From Eledone cirrhosa (taxonomy: Eukaryota), in NCBI GenBank assembly GCA_964016885.1, contig OZ024740.1, forward strand, positions 65,534,001 to 65,598,000: DNA of 64,000 bases, in the 5' to 3' direction. The position numbers were made by a program, and so were the translations under genes. Below the pieces are notes generated by a model. It searched no databases, was not told where the DNA came from, and saw only the letters and a program-made list of their open reading frames with translations. The first letter of the stretch is position 1. Every line of letters begins with the position of its first letter. Shown here piece after piece: positions 58,076 to 64,000 of this stretch.

Positions 58076-58349
58076 AATAACGAAACGAAATTAAATTTCG
58101 TTTCGTTTGTAACTCACTTTTGTATGACTGACGCTTAAACAATTAAGTTAGAAGTGTACATCCACATATGTATACTGAAATACTAGTATGCATATAAATA
58201 CACACACGTATACATATGTAGATATACCGAGTTTTTCACTGGACACTTTACTGTGAGTGTTCAGCTAGTCTGTATGTAAACACACAGACAAACCGGTATG
58301 TAACGATATGTGCTTTTACGATTCTCTCGAGGGGCCGGAGGATGGGGGT

Positions 58350-58392
58350 ATATTGCTGATGAGATGTAACAACATCGAAACTAGTCCAATAT
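58350..58392 (+). ncRNA. Canonical minimal type I HHR, copy 1
   Basis: ATATTG-CTGATGA-GATGT aaca ACATC-GAA-AC TA GT-C-CAATAT. Confidence 0.92.
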
Positions 58393-58814
58393 TCCTGTCT
58401 GGCCCTCTGGAGAATAGAGGAAAGGTGTTTCCTCGAAAACCAGTATGACTCTAAAAACCGGTTTGTCTGTGTGTTTACATACAGACTAGCTGAACACTCA
58501 CAGTAAAGTGTCCAGTGAAAAACTCGGTACATCTACATATGTATACGTGTGTGTATTTATATGCATACTAGTATTTCAGTATACATATGTGGATGTACAC
58601 TTCTAACTTAATTGTTTAAGCGTCAGTCATACAAAAGTGAGTTACAAACGAAACGAAATTTAATTTCGTTTCGTTATTTGTTTTTATCGCCTCCGCTGAA
58701 CCGGTACGTACTCACGCTCTATGCAAATTAGTCTGCCCACTACTAATTTTCATAGAAAAAGCATATAACGATGTGTGCTTTTACGATTCTCTAGAGGGGC
58801 CGGAGGATGGGTGT

Positions 58815-58857
58815 ATATTGCTGATGAGATGTAAGAACATCGAAACTAGTCCAATAT
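58815..58857 (+). ncRNA. Canonical minimal type I HHR, copy 2
   Basis: ATATTG-CTGATGA-GATGT aaga ACATC-GAA-AC TA GT-C-CAATAT. Confidence 0.92.
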
Positions 58858-59072
58858 TCCTGTCTGGCCTTCTGGAGAATAGAGGAAAGGTGTTTCCTCG
58901 AAAACCAGTATGACTCTAAAAACCGGTTTGTCTGTGTGTTTACATACAGACTAGCTGAACACCCACAGTAAAGTGTCCAGTGAAAAACTCAGTACATCTA
59001 CATATGTATACGTGTGTGTATTTATATGCATACTAGTATTTCAGTATACATATGTGGATGTACACTTCTAAC

Positions 59073-59178
<106 letters not shown>

Positions 59179-59283
59179 TATGTGTGTGTATATATATGTA
59201 TATATATATATGTGTATGTATACATATATGTATATATATATATATACATATATGTATACATACACACACGCACACACACACAT

Positions 59284-59341
<58 letters not shown>

Positions 59342-60439
59342 ACACGTATGTATATGAGTATATGTGTGTGTGTGTATTTTGTATTTTAACCTTCGTTATC
59401 TACCATTAACGCCACGTCCTTTCCTACGTAATTACACACGTATACTTCGTATGTCCGTAGCCCTATGAAAGGAGATTTGGAAATAAGAGAAATGCTTGGC
59501 CTGTACATCATCATTCTGTTGACATTATTTTGGTTGTTGTTATCATTGCTATAGCTATTGTTGTTTTGCTATTCTTACTTGCTTATGTTCTACTCCATTG
59601 AACTACAATTCTCATCACCTCACACCATTGACATTATTTTATAATATAGTTGATTATCCGTTATCATGTTAATAAAAATGCGACAACCACATAACGCGTC
59701 ATTGATGAAATAAATTTGTAATCACATGGGTACTTGAAATGGCGGCAATCTATTTAGCCAGGCATTAATAAAATATATCACACATCATTTGAGAAACGTT
59801 TACTGTCTTGAAATTCCTCAAACAGGTGAATTAACACACTAATCGTACAGAGAGGTCGAAATGATGAGAAACGATGATAGTTGATGCGCTCCAATTGGTA
59901 CTGGATAGAAGGTATTTTACCAAAATTTATATGTTTACCGGGCTTTAGGTGGCAACATTGAAAATACTCGACCGTGACATATCGGAAGATAAACAATTGT
60001 ATAATGGCTTCAATTACATAATTGAAGGTATTTGAATGAATATAACAACAAAGACGGAATTAATAAAATGATACAAGATCATCGGATATTGCATTATACT
60101 TCATATATATATATATGGGGGGGGGATATATGCGTGCGTGTGTGTGAGTCTGTGACCATGTGTGTTTGAGAGTTTGATAGTATTGATTAATGATCAGTGC
60201 TACCTATCCAACCAGGTGCTCCAAAGAAAGCGTGCTCTTGCGGTATCGGAGTGTAACATATTTTTAATCAGCTGAGTTTATATTATGCATTTCGTAACGG
60301 AATTTCACTTTAAATATGAAATGATTTAATCTAAATGTACACGTCTTGGGAGCAGAACATCAGGGGAGTGAGTTCGATAACGTTGACTAAGAACTTGAGC
60401 CGATCATCATCGCATTGCATGTCACATTCTATAGTTATG

Positions 60440-60512
<73 letters not shown>

Positions 60513-60574
60513 TTATATGGGTAGAAACACACGCAGACACACACACACACATCTCTCTCTCTATATATATGAAC

Positions 60575-60985
60575 AGTTTAGGACTCCGACGGCTGAGCTC
60601 CGGGGCTTTTAACAGCTAGCTCAAAAACAAGATCAGAACTAGCTGTTGAAACGGCCGGAGATCAGCTGTCGTAATCCTGAATGTTTCGAATTACCCACTC
60701 TACTAACCCAAGTATCGAGTACTCTGGTGAGTAATAGTCTAAGTGGTTTTTACCGCCTCAATTCTGATATATATATATATATATAGGAACGAGTAAGACC
60801 CCGACGGCTGAGCTCAAGCCGTATCGACGGCTAATTCTGGACTAATTGAGTCCAGAATTAGCCGTCGAAACGGCTAGAGCTCAGCCGTCGGGATCCTACT
60901 CGTTCCTATTACCCACTCTACTACTCTAAGTATTGAGTACTTTGGTGCGTTATGGTCCACCTGGTTCCTTACCACATTTCCTTGG

Positions 60986-60988
<3 letters not shown>
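60575..60988. mobile_element. Two adjacent miniature family E fold-backs (60575-60770 and 60783-60988)
   Basis: Short palindromes around tagccgtcGAAACGGC..GCCGTC followed by the family E tail and (TA)n. Confidence 0.75.
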
Positions 60989-61054
<66 letters not shown>

Positions 61055-61056
<2 letters not shown>

Positions 61057-61879
61057 GTAAATTTTTCAATTATACTCTTTTATTTGTTTGACCCGAATTA
61101 CTTGGTCGTTTCTATGGCTGTGCGGATAATAGTTTAACCATCGTCTCAGTGTGTTTGACCTTTTAACGTATGTTGTAGCTACGGTTCGTTATAATATATT
61201 GAGCGCTTGCCACAGATCTCGGAAGTTGTTTTTCGCTAATTTCCAATAGCCGAAATACGATTCTCGCTAATTTATATTTGTATTAATCTCCAGAGTCTAG
61301 CTATTGACCAGTTAATTTTCTTGATTTTTTTAGTTGATTCTATTGACTGATGAATAGCTTTTGTTAACTTTAAAACCATTCTGTTGAGAACTTAATTCGT
61401 TTTGTGTTATTTTGCAATTTTGCAATAATACACATACTGAATTCATCCGCCAAAAATAAGGGTTGCCTCCCTTGCCGAGCCCCACGTGGGTTTGGTTCCG
61501 GTCAATCCTTGGCCTGGCACTTGAACTAAAAGCCTGTTGAGAAAGTGACTTCCTTGTTCAAGCATCTTACCAAAAGCTTAACATTATTTGTCTAAGCGGA
61601 CAGTACTTGATTTAGGAGTCGCAGAAACCCAAATGGTGGATTTTAACCAACCATCCAGGGGTCCGGGTAAATTTTTCAATCATATTTTTTTATTTGTTTG
61701 ACCCGAATTACTTAGTCGTTTCTATGGCTGTGCGGATAATGGTTTAACCATTGTCTCAGTGTGTTTGGCCTTTTAACGTATGTTGTAGCTCTGGTTCATT
61801 AGAATCTATTGAGCGCTTGCTACACATCTCGGAAGTTGTTTTTCTCTAATTTCCAATAGCCGAAATACGATTCTCGCTA

Positions 61880-61885
<6 letters not shown>
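61055..61885 (+). repeat. Family K copy, ~608-bp period with terminal direct repeats
   Basis: 61055-61280 is repeated at ~61663-61885; homologous to 34720-35560 (-). Confidence 0.8.
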
Positions 61886-61943
<58 letters not shown>

Positions 61944-61956
61944 TGAGTGAGATGGT

Positions 61957-61996
61957 CCGAGCTGAAGACCCGGTATGGTGAAACAATTGTTCTCGG
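61957..61996 (+). ncRNA. Minimal HHR (family J)
   Basis: CCGAG-CTGAAGA-cCC ggtat GGt-GAA-ACAATTGT-T-CTCGG; weak helix II. Confidence 0.65.
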
Positions 61997-62082
61997 TATG
62001 GTGAAGTAACTGTTGTGTTACTACTTCTACCAAACTCGTCCCATGGACTGAGTGCTCTACCACTACGGATATTACCTTCCAG

Positions 62083-62170
<88 letters not shown>

Positions 62171-62814
62171 ATATATATATGAATATTATATGCATATTGC
62201 CTAGAAATATTTCCTTATTATCTACATCATTTTCATCCCATGAAAAACATTTTAAAATTAAAATTAATATAAAATAAATCATATATATTTCAATTAACTA
62301 GAGAGAGTTTTATAGGAAAACAGAAATGAAAAGATACCGATATACAGTAGAAAGGCTATTCTCAGATCAAACAAAATATACGTGTTCAAACTTAGTTGTT
62401 TAAAGTTAATAGAAACGCCGTTTAAATACCAACGATTATAAACAGGGAAAGAGATCATTTGGAAACGCCAATATGCTATATGCAATTTATTATTACCTAA
62501 TGCCCTAAATCAGTGTTCAAAATTTAAGCTGAATTTGTGATGGTGTGAAGTATCAACAATAAATATGTTAATATTAGTATCAACAATAAATATGTTAATA
62601 TTGTAGAATCATAATAGATGGAAAATAAAGATTTACTGCTAAATAGGAAGGGGGGAGAATATTGAAAAATATCATTCGCATAGTAGGGAGTTCATCATCA
62701 CCATCAACAACAGCAGCTGCAGAAACATCATCCTCTCAGTCATTTCATTATTATCATTATTTATTTTGTCACGCAGTATAGATGAAAAATGCACCGGAGT
62801 ATTTAGTCATCTGA

Positions 62815-64000
62815 TAAGTTACCACAAGGAAATCTGACTGATAATACTTTCCTTAAAATAAGCGCAGTTCCTTGTAAAACCGATGTTTGTATGACGCCAG
62901 TATTGCATGGTATTATCAAAAGTTTTAAGAAGTCTTGGAACTTTCAAAGAGCTTGACCCTAATGGACCGATCACAACCGTTATCACATTCACATGACCCT
63001 CTCGCATTCCAAATAGTCTTGCCATCTCCACTTTCAATTCAGTGCACCTTTTAAACATCTGCTCTTGTAATATTCCTGTCATTTGGTATAGCTATATATA
63101 TGATCCGACAGTATTGGCTTCTTTGTGTTTTTGTTCAATACAACAAATTCCGATCAGCGATATTCTATCACTCTCCAAATAATAATCCCAGAATATTCTT
63201 GCTTTCCGATCCTCTTACATTACTTTATAAGCCACATGATTATGCCAATGCTGTATTATTTACTATTGGCATTTATTACATAACACCCAATGACCGAGTA
63301 AACAGAAATTATCATAGCGGTACTTGAATTCATTTTATGTAAGACTCTCACATCCACTTGCCAATGGGTTACCTTGTCACAATTCTTTCCACATACTTAA
63401 CTGAAATAATACCAGGTTTTCAGAGGTACGCCTCAAGTAACAGTGCTTAAATTATGTCCACGATGTTGTTTTATATGTTATTCAGTGTATTCTTTGGTTA
63501 ATCAGTTCCTCACAGCTGTTTCATTGCATTTATACCCATATCTTCTGCTGCATATTGCAACGATTCTTCGTCACTGTTTATCAATTATCCTACAAAAGTT
63601 CTCCTTTAAATCCTTATACAATAATCCACATTGATGATTCCACTAACTCCATTATTTCTTTCTATGTTCAATCTGTATTTTATTTGCTTTAGGGTGTAAC
63701 GCTCCATACACTGTCATTAACATTCTCCTCTTTTTATCAAACGTTTCAATTTCTACTTTAGTCTACCTTAGAATGAACGCACTGTATTTAACCACTGCAA
63801 CTGCTCATATATTCATTGCAATGATAATATTTCTTTAACTTTCCTAATTCTAAGTGTTATAGGGATGAGGGCAATGACAAATAGTAAGGGTGAAAACGAA
63901 TCACATTAGTCTTTTAATTTCTACTACTCCAAGGAATAGATTGCTCCAGTACAGCCTCTTATTCTGGCATAGTAATATAATTGTTTCTACTTTTGGCACA
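62815..64000 (-). pseudogene. R4/Dong-like (restriction-like endonuclease) LINE 3' remnant
   Basis: AMNI*AVAVVKYSA..TKVEIETFDKKRRMLMTVYGALHPK; IFWD; ELKVEMARLFGM..VITVVIGPLG; QTSVLQGTALILRKVL. Confidence 0.75.

Overview
AT-rich eukaryotic (metazoan) repetitive DNA with no recognisable host gene. The (TA)n/(CA)n density and the repeat families are compatible with a cephalopod-like invertebrate, which is an inference only. Most ORF-track entries are microsatellite artefacts. The real coding content is transposon-derived: an RTE LINE with an uninterrupted 5'-truncated ORF and three C-terminal C2H2 fingers; a decayed L1/Tx1 LINE; R4/Dong-like and RTE remnants; Helitron remnants; and at least five Penelope-like element (PLE) copies. 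Two of the PLEs are Naiad-like and each has an in-frame TGA exactly at a conserved Cys of the GIY-YIG region, a possible selenocysteine codon. The dominant hidden signal is RNA structure: about 30 type-I hammerhead ribozyme (HHR) motifs, intact or decayed, from roughly a dozen unrelated sequence families. Most sit in fold-back (inverted) insertions between (TA)n arrays, and all of these have their 3' ends pointing outward. Several form tandem 465-541 nt retrozyme-like monomers, and some join two different RNA families. All pairings and coordinates were read by eye, so element boundaries are approximate.
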